DNA from: a virus
Taxonomy: Duplodnaviria; Caudoviricetes
Virus record (IMG/VR): IMGVR_UViG_3300044692_000054
Location: 1-25,759 of that record
Length of the DNA: 25,759 nucleotides
Reading direction: 5' to 3' (one strand)
Below are positions 16,634 through 23,801 of the stretch, in pieces (within the stretch, counting starts at the first letter, position 1; each line of letters opens with the position of its first letter). The translations under genes were made by a program, and so were the position numbers. Under the pieces are notes generated by a model. The model was not told the origin of the DNA, made no database searches, and saw nothing but the letters and a program-made list of their open reading frames with translations.

Positions 16634-16683
16634 CAGAGTCGTCAAGGGGTGTCTACTATAGGTCTACAAGCAAACGACAGACC
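16630..16683 (+). promoter_or_regulatory. Promoter with palindromic operator
   Basis: TTGACA-N18-TACTAT; TTGAC-N6-GTCAA; GACAGACC at 16676. Confidence 0.75.
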
Positions 16684-16698
16684 TGCTGGAGGCACCCC

Positions 16699-17052
16699 AT
16701 GAAGCTCGGCAACGGCAACGAGATCAAGCACCTCGACACCACCGGCAAGATCACCCGCTTCGCCCTGATCCTGGAGGGCGAGGAGACGCTGCACATCACC
16801 TGCGACGTCACCGACAAAGAGCAGGTCATCCACGTCTCCTCGGCCGCCCACCCCGCGCTCACCATGGCAACCAAGGGCCGCTTCACCACCACCGCGAAGT
16901 TCATGGAGGACGCCGACGGCGCGCCGCTGGGCACCGAGATCCGGGTAGACCGCAAGTCCGTCTACGCCTACGTGCTGCCCCGCGTGCCCCTGCTGATGGG
17001 CCGCCTGCTGCGCCAGCCCTGCCCCGACTGCATCGCCAACACCGAGCACTGA
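16699..17052 (+). CDS. Hypothetical protein with C-terminal CPDC
   Basis: GGAGG RBS supports ATG 16699, downstream of the promoter. Confidence 0.8.
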   Translation: MKLGNGNEIKHLDTTGKITRFALILEGEETLHITCDVTDKEQVIHVSSAAHPALTMATKGRFTTTAKFMEDADGAPLGTEIRVDRKSVYAYVLPRVPLLMGRLLRQPCPDCIANTEH

Positions 17053-17063
17053 TCCACCACCAC

Positions 17064-17093
17064 GGGAGCCCTGGCCACGCGGCCGGGGCTCCC
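17064..17093 (+). terminator. Stem-loop after a gene (terminator or processing site)
   Basis: GGGAGCCCTGGCC-ACGC-GGCCGGGGCTCCC; no U-tract. Confidence 0.5.
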
Positions 17094-17115
17094 TGCGCAT
17101 CGAGGAGAAAACGCC

Positions 17116-17553
17116 ATGAAGCTCGCCGCTGAAGACATCGCCGACCGGCTGGGCATGCTCAACGTCCGCTACGCCGTCGCGTTCTGCACCATCGCCACCC
17201 CCGACGACCCGAAGTATCGGGAGCTGGCGGAGAGCTTGGAGACCGCTCTCGTGCGGCAGGACCCGGAAGCCGTCTCCCGCGTCCGCGCGCTGGTCGACCA
17301 CGCCGAGCTGGGCAAGGCCGCCTTCTGGGCCACGCCGCTCGGGATCCTGCTGTTCTACGCCGGTGGGTTCACGTCTGAGGAGATGCCGCAGACGCTCGCG
17401 GCGAGCCTGCTCGGGTGCTCCCGGCAGTACGTGAGTGAGCTGGTCAAGAAGGGGAAGCTGCCGACGTCGCGGTACGGGGTGCGCGGCGGGATGGTGCAGT
17501 CCGAGGCGGTCCGGCAGCTGCTCATCCACAAGCTTGACAAGACTGGCAAGTAG
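17116..17553 (+). CDS. DNA-binding protein with C-terminal excisionase/MerR-like HTH
   Basis: MPQTLAASLLGCSRQYVSELVKKGKLP; GAGGAG RBS. Confidence 0.8.
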   Translation: MKLAAEDIADRLGMLNVRYAVAFCTIATPDDPKYRELAESLETALVRQDPEAVSRVRALVDHAELGKAAFWATPLGILLFYAGGFTSEEMPQTLAASLLGCSRQYVSELVKKGKLPTSRYGVRGGMVQSEAVRQLLIHKLDKTGK

Positions 17554-17563
17554 ACTGTAGGGT
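17534..17563 (+). promoter_or_regulatory. Promoter for the ADP-ribosylglycohydrolase gene
   Basis: TTGACA-N18-TAGGGT; TTGAC-N6-GGCAA. Confidence 0.7.
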
Positions 17564-17592
17564 TAGGACATACAGCGATCAAGGAGCCCGCA

Positions 17593-18753
17593 TTGAACAT
17601 CCCCATGGACCGCATGCTCGGCATCACGTACGGGCTCGCCTACGGCGACGCCCTCGGCCGCCCCACTGAGTTCATCACCAGCAAGGCCCTCGCCAAGTTC
17701 GGCACCCCGTTCCGGCCCGCCGTCGGCCTCACCAACCGCGCCCGGGGCTTCGTCACCGACGACACCCAGATGTCCCTCGCCGTCGGCCGCGCCGCCCTCG
17801 GCACAGCCGAGCCGCGCTATCTGACCAACCGGTTCATCGCCGAGTTCATCCGCTGGTACGACGACCCGAAGTCCCGCGACGGACGACGCGCCCCCGGCTC
17901 GACCTGCCTGTCCGCCTGCGCCCAGCTCAAGCGCGGTACGCCGTGGCTGCGCGCCACCCGCACCGACAGCAAGGGAAACGGGGCCAACATGCGCGTCGCC
18001 CCGCTCGCCCTGCGCACCGACTGGACCTGGCCGCAGCTCTCCGCCGCCGCCCAGCTTCAGGCCGCCATCACCCACGGCCACGCGACCGCGCTGGCCGCCG
18101 CCGACCTGACCGCCGTCGCCGTGCGGATGCTGCTGGAGGGTGTCGCGAAGCCCGGACCGGCCCTGCTGGACCACCTGCTCGCCTACGCCCACGACCAGCG
18201 TTCCGTCTACCACGGTGACCACCTCGGGAAGCTGTGGGAGGGCAGCAGCTTCAACACCGGCCCGTCGTGGCTCTCCCAGCTCCCGGCGTCGTACAGCACC
18301 GGACGTCTGTGGGAGGACGACGCGTCGTGGCCGATCGGCGCGGTCGTCCGCAAGCCGCTCAAGGCCCGCAGGCACCGGCCCGCGCCGGACTCCCCGGAAG
18401 AGTTCATCGAGCGCGGCTGGGACAAGGTCATCGACTCGCTGTTGGCCATCTACGACCGGCCCCGCAAGCCGAACCAGGACCCCTGCGACGTGGCGGGCGA
18501 GGGCTGGGTGGCCGAGGAAGCGCTGATGGTCGCCCTGCACACCCTGCTGACCTTCCCGGACGACCCGACCAGCGCCCTGCGCCGGGCGGCGTTCACCAAC
18601 GGCGACTCCGACTCGATCGCCAGCATCACGGGCGCGCTGGCCGGGGCCGCGTACGGCCGCCGCTACTTCCCGCACGGCTGGATCGAGAACCTGGAGTACC
18701 GGCGGGAGATCGACTCCCTGACCGCGCGGCTGGCCAACGCGGCGAGCTGCTGA
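17593..18753 (+). CDS. ADP-ribosylglycohydrolase (DraG/ARH family)
   Basis: GLAYGDALG, TDDTQM, GNGANMRVAP, ITHGH, GDSDSIASITGALAGA motifs; AAGGAG RBS before the TTG start. Confidence 0.95.
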   Translation: MNIPMDRMLGITYGLAYGDALGRPTEFITSKALAKFGTPFRPAVGLTNRARGFVTDDTQMSLAVGRAALGTAEPRYLTNRFIAEFIRWYDDPKSRDGRRAPGSTCLSACAQLKRGTPWLRATRTDSKGNGANMRVAPLALRTDWTWPQLSAAAQLQAAITHGHATALAAADLTAVAVRMLLEGVAKPGPALLDHLLAYAHDQRSVYHGDHLGKLWEGSSFNTGPSWLSQLPASYSTGRLWEDDASWPIGAVVRKPLKARRHRPAPDSPEEFIERGWDKVIDSLLAIYDRPRKPNQDPCDVAGEGWVAEEALMVALHTLLTFPDDPTSALRRAAFTNGDSDSIASITGALAGAAYGRRYFPHGWIENLEYRREIDSLTARLANAASC

Positions 18754-18769
18754 AACATCCCCCGCTCCG

Positions 18770-18798
18770 AGCCCTCCTGGCCACCCGGCCGGAGGGCT
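18770..18798 (+). terminator. Stem-loop after the ARH gene
   Basis: AGCCCTCC(T)GGCC-ACCC-GGCCGGAGGGCT. Confidence 0.5.
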
Positions 18799-18827
18799 GT
18801 ACCATGTGCGCCTACAGGAGGAAAACG

Positions 18828-19046
18828 ATGGACCAGATCACCAAGAAGAGGCTGACGACCCTGGCTGTTCTGTCGGCCGCCCTGCTCGCGCTCGCCTTCG
18901 GCTGCGACCCGGAGGCCGGGGACAAGTGCGACAACCCCGGCAGCTACTCCACCCGCACCAAGGACGGCAAGCGCACCAACCTGTCGTGCCGGGAGACGGG
19001 CATCAACCCGGACGGCACCCCGAAGCACACGTGGGTGAAGGTGTGA
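18828..19046 (+). CDS. Small lipoprotein
   Basis: KKR + hydrophobic core + LAFG-C lipobox-like motif; two further Cys; AGGAGG RBS. Confidence 0.75.
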   Translation: MDQITKKRLTTLAVLSAALLALAFGCDPEAGDKCDNPGSYSTRTKDGKRTNLSCRETGINPDGTPKHTWVKV

Positions 19047-19183
19047 CCGCCCTCCGGAACCGCTGCTTCGACTCGATGTACCGGCCGGGCCGCGTGGCCC
19101 GGCTGGTCGCCGACTGCTCCGCCGGTCTCGGCATGATCGCCGTGGGCCTGGGCTGCATCATCTACGCGCTGATCGTCCGATGA
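19043..19183 (+). CDS. Small membrane protein
   Basis: GTGA overlap; C-terminal hydrophobic helix. Confidence 0.6.
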   Translation: MTALRNRCFDSMYRPGRVARLVADCSAGLGMIAVGLGCIIYALIVR

Positions 19184-19257
19184 AAGGCGGGACGATCGGC
19201 GCGCTGACGTTCCTCGGCTGGGTCATCCTCGCCGTTGTCCTACTGCTCGTTCTCTAG
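19180..19257 (+). CDS. 25-aa membrane peptide (MKGGTIGALTFLGWVILAVVLLLVL)
   Basis: ATGA overlap; single transmembrane segment. Confidence 0.55.
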   Translation: MKGGTIGALTFLGWVILAVVLLLVL

Positions 19258-19277
19258 ATCAAAAACCAGGAGGAGAG

Positions 19278-19610
19278 ATGTACTACGGCTCGGCGGCCCA
19301 CGCCGCCCAGGTCACCCACGGACGCCACCCCGGCATCGCCGACGGTCTCCAGTGGCTCACCTTCGACCACCTGCCCCCGGCGCTCCAGCCGTTCGCGCGC
19401 CCGTTCTACGGTGCCGCCTGCGAGGCGATCGAGGCCGTCCCCACCGACAGCCCCGAACTGACCACCACGATCAACAAGCTCATCGAGGCGAAGGACTCCT
19501 GCGTGCGCTCGGGAATCCGGCACCAGACGGGCCGGGCCGGATCCGTGCCGCGCCCGCAGGAAGTCGTCGCCCCGCCGACGCTCTCCGACCCGCCCGGCGT
19601 CGTATCCTGA
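19278..19610 (+). CDS. Helical-hairpin phage protein (HLP..LQ...PF...KLIEAKD..VR), possibly Acb2/Tad1-like
   Basis: AGGAGGAG RBS; recognisable motif pattern; functional call tentative. Confidence 0.75.
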   Translation: MYYGSAAHAAQVTHGRHPGIADGLQWLTFDHLPPALQPFARPFYGAACEAIEAVPTDSPELTTTINKLIEAKDSCVRSGIRHQTGRAGSVPRPQEVVAPPTLSDPPGVVS

Positions 19611-19633
19611 TCGTCAAACGAGAGGGGTAGCGC

Positions 19634-21562
19634 GTGGGCACGAAGTGGAAGATGCCGCTCGCCGTCATCGGGAAGCCGACCGGCGACGGCCGCCAGTTCG
19701 ACGAGGGTGCCCTGACGCACCGGGATCTACCGCTTCCCTTCCGGTATGTGGCCGAGGATTCCGGCGGGCATCAGAACGCCGTGATCGTCGGCCACATCAG
19801 CAAGATCGGCAAGGAGAAGGACGGGATGCTCCCCGCCGAGGGGGAGTTCTACGACGACGAATCCTGGCCTGAGGACGTCCGCAACTCGGCGACCGCCGCC
19901 CGGATGTTCACCCACAACAAGGTGATCGGGCCGTCAGTTGATCTGGACCAGCAGGAAGTTGAAGTTCAGCCGGAGCCCAAGGCGTACGCCGCGTGGAAGA
20001 AGGAGCAGGCCGGGAAGCTGAAGGCCGCCAAGCTCGCCCACGCGAAGCTGTCCGGCTCCGACTGCGGCTGCAACGCCGCGCCCGTCATGGCCGAGGAGGC
20101 GTACGACGGGCCGCGCCTGCGGGTCATCAAGTCCGGCCGGATGGCCAGCGCCACCCTCGTGCACATCCCCGCGTTCGCCGAGCTGTCCGGCCACGCCACC
20201 CTCACCCCGATCGACTCCCACGACCCGAACGTGGACGGCACCACCGCAGCCATCACCCCGGCCATGGCTGCGGAGCTGGGCTGGACCGACGATCTCAAGA
20301 TCGAAAACGGCGACGAGTTCGCCAAGAAGAAGAAGCTGGACCCCGAGAAGGTCAAGGGCAACCAGGACGACGAGGACTTCTCCGGCACCGGCATCTGGCT
20401 CTCGGACGCCGAGATCGAGGAGTTCGCCAAGAAGAAGCTCGCCAACCGAGGCAAGGGCGAGGACATGCCGTCCGCCGACGGCGAGCAGTCCGGCGGCGCG
20501 GCCTTCGCCCCCGACGTCACCAAGGCCGACGTGCGCAAGAAGCTCTCCGACGAGGACTTCGTCGACCCCAAGGGCCGCCGGTTCCCGATCGCCTCCTGCG
20601 CCGACGTGCCCGACGCCGTCTCCTCGTACGGCCGGGCCAACCCGAAGATCCCCTACGCCCAGTTCAAGAGCCGCCTGACGGCCATCGCGAAGCGCAAGGG
20701 CTGCGCCGACTCGCTGCCCGACGACTGGAAGGCAGGAGAGAAGATGGCCGCCCTGATGGCCGCCGCCGCGCCCTCGGCCCCGCCGAAGGAGTGGTTCGAC
20801 AACCCGAAGCTGACCGGCCCGACGCCGCTGCACATCGGCGACGACGGCCGCGTCTACGGCCACGTCGCGGTGTGGGGAACCTGCCACGTCGGCATCGGCG
20901 ACTCGTGCGTCCAGCCGCCCAAGAGCCTCACCTCGTACGCGTACTTCCACACCGGCGAGATGGTCGCCGACGACGGCTCCAGGATCCCCGTGGGACGCCT
21001 GACGTACGGCGGGGGGCACGCTACCCCGAACCTCGGCTTCCGGGCCGCCAGCGACCACTACGACCGGACCAGCAGCACCGGCGCGTACGTGCGCGCGGGC
21101 GAGGACGAGTACGGCATCTGGGTGGCGGGCGCGCTCGCCCCCGAGGCCGACGAGGACGCGGTCCGGCAGATGCGCGCCGCGCCGCTGTCCGGCGACTGGC
21201 GGCGCATCGGCGGCAACCTGGAGATGGTCGCCGCCCTGCACGTCAACACCGCCGGGTTCCCGATCCCGCGCGCCCTGGCCGCGTCCGCCGACGAGGAGCT
21301 GTACTCCCTCGTGGCCGCCGGTGCCCTGCCGCGCGTCATCGACGAGGACGAGACCGAGCCGCCCGCGCTGACCGCCGGGATCGACACGGAGGAGCTGGGC
21401 CGGGCCATCGCCCGGGGGATGCTCGCCGAGCAGCAGGAGCAGGCCGAAAGGGCGAAGCTCGCCGCCGAGTGGGGCGAGCTGGTGGCCGCCGCCACCATCG
21501 AAGAGCCCGTCACCGATTACGATGATGTTCTTGGTGACCTGATGAACGCGCTGGTCGAGTAG
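19634..21562 (+). CDS. Capsid maturation protease (multi-domain)
   Basis: N-terminal GKPTGDGRQF...LPLP...GH...VG...GPSVDLD...ATLVHIPAF; central DFVDPKGRRFPI domain; C-terminal PPKEWFDNP...GRVYGHVAVWGTCH...LSGDWR domain. Confidence 0.85.
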   Translation: MGTKWKMPLAVIGKPTGDGRQFDEGALTHRDLPLPFRYVAEDSGGHQNAVIVGHISKIGKEKDGMLPAEGEFYDDESWPEDVRNSATAARMFTHNKVIGPSVDLDQQEVEVQPEPKAYAAWKKEQAGKLKAAKLAHAKLSGSDCGCNAAPVMAEEAYDGPRLRVIKSGRMASATLVHIPAFAELSGHATLTPIDSHDPNVDGTTAAITPAMAAELGWTDDLKIENGDEFAKKKKLDPEKVKGNQDDEDFSGTGIWLSDAEIEEFAKKKLANRGKGEDMPSADGEQSGGAAFAPDVTKADVRKKLSDEDFVDPKGRRFPIASCADVPDAVSSYGRANPKIPYAQFKSRLTAIAKRKGCADSLPDDWKAGEKMAALMAAAAPSAPPKEWFDNPKLTGPTPLHIGDDGRVYGHVAVWGTCHVGIGDSCVQPPKSLTSYAYFHTGEMVADDGSRIPVGRLTYGGGHATPNLGFRAASDHYDRTSSTGAYVRAGEDEYGIWVAGALAPEADEDAVRQMRAAPLSGDWRRIGGNLEMVAALHVNTAGFPIPRALAASADEELYSLVAAGALPRVIDEDETEPPALTAGIDTEELGRAIARGMLAEQQEQAERAKLAAEWGELVAAATIEEPVTDYDDVLGDLMNALVE

Positions 21563-21573
21563 GAGGAGGCCCC

Positions 21574-21738
21574 ATGGGGTGCAACTGCGGTGGTTCGGGC
21601 GGGGGTTCCGCGCTCGGCAACTACGTCGTGAAGGACAAGGACGGCAAGGAGCTGAAGAAGTTCTCGGCCGTCCGGCAGGTCGAGGTGACCGCGTTCGCCG
21701 CGAAGAACCCCGGCAGCACCTGGTCCAAGACGTCCTGA
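21574..21738 (+). CDS. 54-aa MGCNCG protein of the head module
   Basis: AGGAGGAGG RBS; MGCNCGGSGGG...; directly after the protease; missed by the ORF track. Confidence 0.85.
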   Translation: MGCNCGGSGGGSALGNYVVKDKDGKELKKFSAVRQVEVTAFAAKNPGSTWSKTS

Positions 21739-21750
21739 CGGCAGACACGA

Positions 21751-21786
21751 AGAAGCCCCGCGCCGGGGAAGTGGCGCGGGGCTTCT
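21751..21786. terminator. Bidirectional terminator
   Basis: 14-bp perfect stem AGAAGCCCCGCGCC/GGCGCGGGGCTTCT between convergent genes. Confidence 0.8.
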
Positions 21787-21798
21787 GGCTGTCGGGGG

Positions 21799-22251
21799 TC
21801 AGGGCTTCGCGGTGTACTTCCGGCCGATGATGACCCACTTGGCCTGGTTGTTGCGGCGCGGGAAGTCGCAGGTGAACCCGTCGGCCTCCAGCTCCTTGAG
21901 GACGGCCGCCACGTGCGGGAGGGTGCGGGGGTCGATCTCCTCGCCCTTCTTCCGCGAGACGTCACCGTTCTGGACGGGCACGTACCGGGCGGCCATCTGG
22001 TGGTACTTCCCGAAGTCCTGCAAGCCGCCGAAGCCGCTCACTTTGTCGGCGGTCACACGGGCTTCGCCACCGGCCAGCATCTCGGTCAGGAGCTGGGGGG
22101 TCAGCTCGATGGTCAGCTGCTTGCTGCTCGTGCCGTCGGTGATCTGGATGCTGGGCCGGACGCTCATCGCGTCGGGGCCGGTGCCCATCATGCCCATCAT
22201 GCGGGCGAATCCCATCCGGATGGTCAGGTCGCCGGGCTTGCTGTCTCGCAT
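21799..22251 (-). CDS. Hypothetical protein (MRDSKPGD...)
   Basis: GAGGAGGA RBS before ATG 22251; own promoter. Confidence 0.8.
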   Translation of the reverse strand: MRDSKPGDLTIRMGFARMMGMMGTGPDAMSVRPSIQITDGTSSKQLTIELTPQLLTEMLAGGEARVTADKVSGFGGLQDFGKYHQMAARYVPVQNGDVSRKKGEEIDPRTLPHVAAVLKELEADGFTCDFPRRNNQAKWVIIGRKYTAKP

Positions 22252-22263
22252 AGTGTCCTCCTC

Positions 22264-22320
22264 GGTCTGTCTGCGTACAGCATACAGCCCGCCTGACGGC
22301 AATGTCAAGCGGGCTGTATG
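22264..22320 (-). promoter_or_regulatory. Promoter embedded in an inverted repeat
   Basis: TTGACA(22308)-N18-TATGCT-N7-GACAGACC; 12-bp arms CATACAGCCCGC/GCGGGCTGTATG. Confidence 0.75.
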
Positions 22321-22328
22321 GGTCAGGA

Positions 22329-22517
22329 TCACCGAGCGGCGATCAGCCGGATAGACATGGCGGCGTAGCGGCGGGCGAGCCGGAACTTCCCGCGCTTGAC
22401 GGACACCAGAGCAGCCGCCATCGGGCAGCACTCCTTCTTGCGCGGGGGACCGCCCTTGTGGGGGCCGCCACCCTGCGGCTTGTAAGCCCGCGAGCCAGGC
22501 GCTCCAGGCCGGATCAT
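22329..22517 (-). CDS. CCPM family paralogue 3
   Basis: KKECCPMAAALVSVKRGKFRLARRYAAMSIRLIAAR; coupled to the upstream paralogue. Confidence 0.8.
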   Translation of the reverse strand: MIRPGAPGSRAYKPQGGGPHKGGPPRKKECCPMAAALVSVKRGKFRLARRYAAMSIRLIAAR

Positions 22518-22744
22518 CAGGCGACCCGAGCGGCGATCAGCCGGACGGACATCCCGGCGTAGCGGCGAGCGAGCTTGAACTTGCCCTGCTTGGCGGAGCG
22601 GACGGCCGCCACCATCGGGCAGCAGTCCTTCTTCTTGTGGCCGCCGCCGCCACCACCGGCGTGCGAGCCGCCCTGCCTGGCTTTCTTGATCTTCGATGCG
22701 GGGATCTTCCGGCTGCCGCCGTGCCCGAACTGGTCAGCGCCCAT
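22517..22744 (-). CDS. CCPM family paralogue 2
   Basis: AAGGAGG RBS; KKDCCPMVAAVRSAKQGKFKLARRYAGMSVRLIAAR. Confidence 0.85.
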   Translation of the reverse strand: MGADQFGHGGSRKIPASKIKKARQGGSHAGGGGGGHKKKDCCPMVAAVRSAKQGKFKLARRYAGMSVRLIAARVA

Positions 22745-22866
22745 GTGGCCCTCCTTGGCCTCGGAAAACAGAAAGGGGACCTGACCAGGATCTACGGCCC
22801 GGGGCGCGACTCAATCGCCTTCTCCACCGGGGGGCCTGGCCGGTCCCCATTAACTTGTCTGCTAAG

Positions 22867-22923
22867 AGCATACACCACGGTTGACGGTGTGCGCAAGAGG
22901 CGTATCCTGCGAATAGACAGACC
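22867..22923. promoter_or_regulatory. Overlapping divergent promoters sharing one palindrome
   Basis: Plus strand: TTGACG(22881)-N16-TATCCT-N7-GACAGACC. Minus strand: TTGCGC(22896)-N18-TATGCT-N7-GACAAG. Confidence 0.7.
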
Positions 22924-22940
22924 AACCGAGGAGGACCCCC

Positions 22941-23099
22941 ATGGCCAACCTGACCCAGCGAGAGATCACCCGGCACCCGTTCATCGCCGGAGCCGTCATC
23001 CTCGTGCTCGCCCCCTACATCCTGGCGTACCTGCTCCTCTTCGCCGCGTTCTACGTCATCGCCGCCGCCCTCGACATGCTGGCGGGAGGGCACCGATGA
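22941..23099 (+). CDS. 52-aa membrane protein
   Basis: GAGGAGGA RBS; long hydrophobic segment; ATGA coupling to the next gene. Confidence 0.75.
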   Translation: MANLTQREITRHPFIAGAVILVLAPYILAYLLLFAAFYVIAAALDMLAGGHR

Positions 23100-23296
23100 C
23101 CGCGTGCGACCGCTGCCGCAGCGAATCCAGCCTGACCAACGACGGGCTGCGCGTGGCGGGCTGGCAGGTCTACGACGGTCAGTCGTTCACCGGCCAGCCC
23201 CTGCGCGTCAGGATCTGCCCGCGCTGCCAGACTCTCCCTGCGAAGTCCGCGACAAGGTCACGGAAAAAAGCACCTCGCGCGGCTCGTCTGTTCTGA
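23096..23296 (+). CDS. Small zinc-ribbon protein
   Basis: CDRC...CPRC; GGAGG RBS; 3' end overlaps the convergent methyltransferase. Confidence 0.65.
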   Translation: MTACDRCRSESSLTNDGLRVAGWQVYDGQSFTGQPLRVRICPRCQTLPAKSATRSRKKAPRAARLF

Positions 23297-23801
23297 CCGT
23301 CTCCGGCTTGATGGCCACACCCTGCGTGTCCAGGCCGACCTGCCGCACCTCGATATCAGTCCAGCCCTGCTCGCGCAGCACCTGGCCGATCTCGGCCGCC
23401 GACACGTTGGCGTACCACTCGCCCGGGTCCAGCTCCCACTTCGCCGCCGCGCCGGAGTGCGGCGGGCGGCCCGGCCCCGCGCAGGTGAAGACGAACCAGC
23501 CGCCCGGCCGCAGCACGTCGTAGGCGGTCTTGATGATCTCGGGCCAGCGCTTGGCGTGCTCGAAGGTCTCCGTGGACAGCACGAGGTCGTACGGCTCCGA
23601 CCCAGGTTCCGGCCGCCAGTCGGCGGCGTCGGCCACGAAGTTCACGCCGTCACCCGGGCGGATGTCGAGCACGTGGTAGGGGTCGGCGTTCGGGAAGCAG
23701 ATGCGGGTCGAGCCGTTGAGGTCCCGGCCGCCGATGTCCAGCACCGACAGGTTGTCGCGGGTGCGGAACTGCATCACCCAGCTCATCGCCTGGTCGTGCA
23801 T
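23208..23801 (-). CDS. Class I SAM-dependent methyltransferase
   Basis: VLDIGG, LDI, YDLVLSTETFEH, LRPGG motifs; GAGGAGGAG RBS. Confidence 0.9.
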   Translation of the reverse strand: MHDQAMSWVMQFRTRDNLSVLDIGGRDLNGSTRICFPNADPYHVLDIRPGDGVNFVADAADWRPEPGSEPYDLVLSTETFEHAKRWPEIIKTAYDVLRPGGWFVFTCAGPGRPPHSGAAAKWELDPGEWYANVSAAEIGQVLREQGWTDIEVRQVGLDTQGVAIKPETVRTDEPREVLFSVTLSRTSQGESGSAGRS

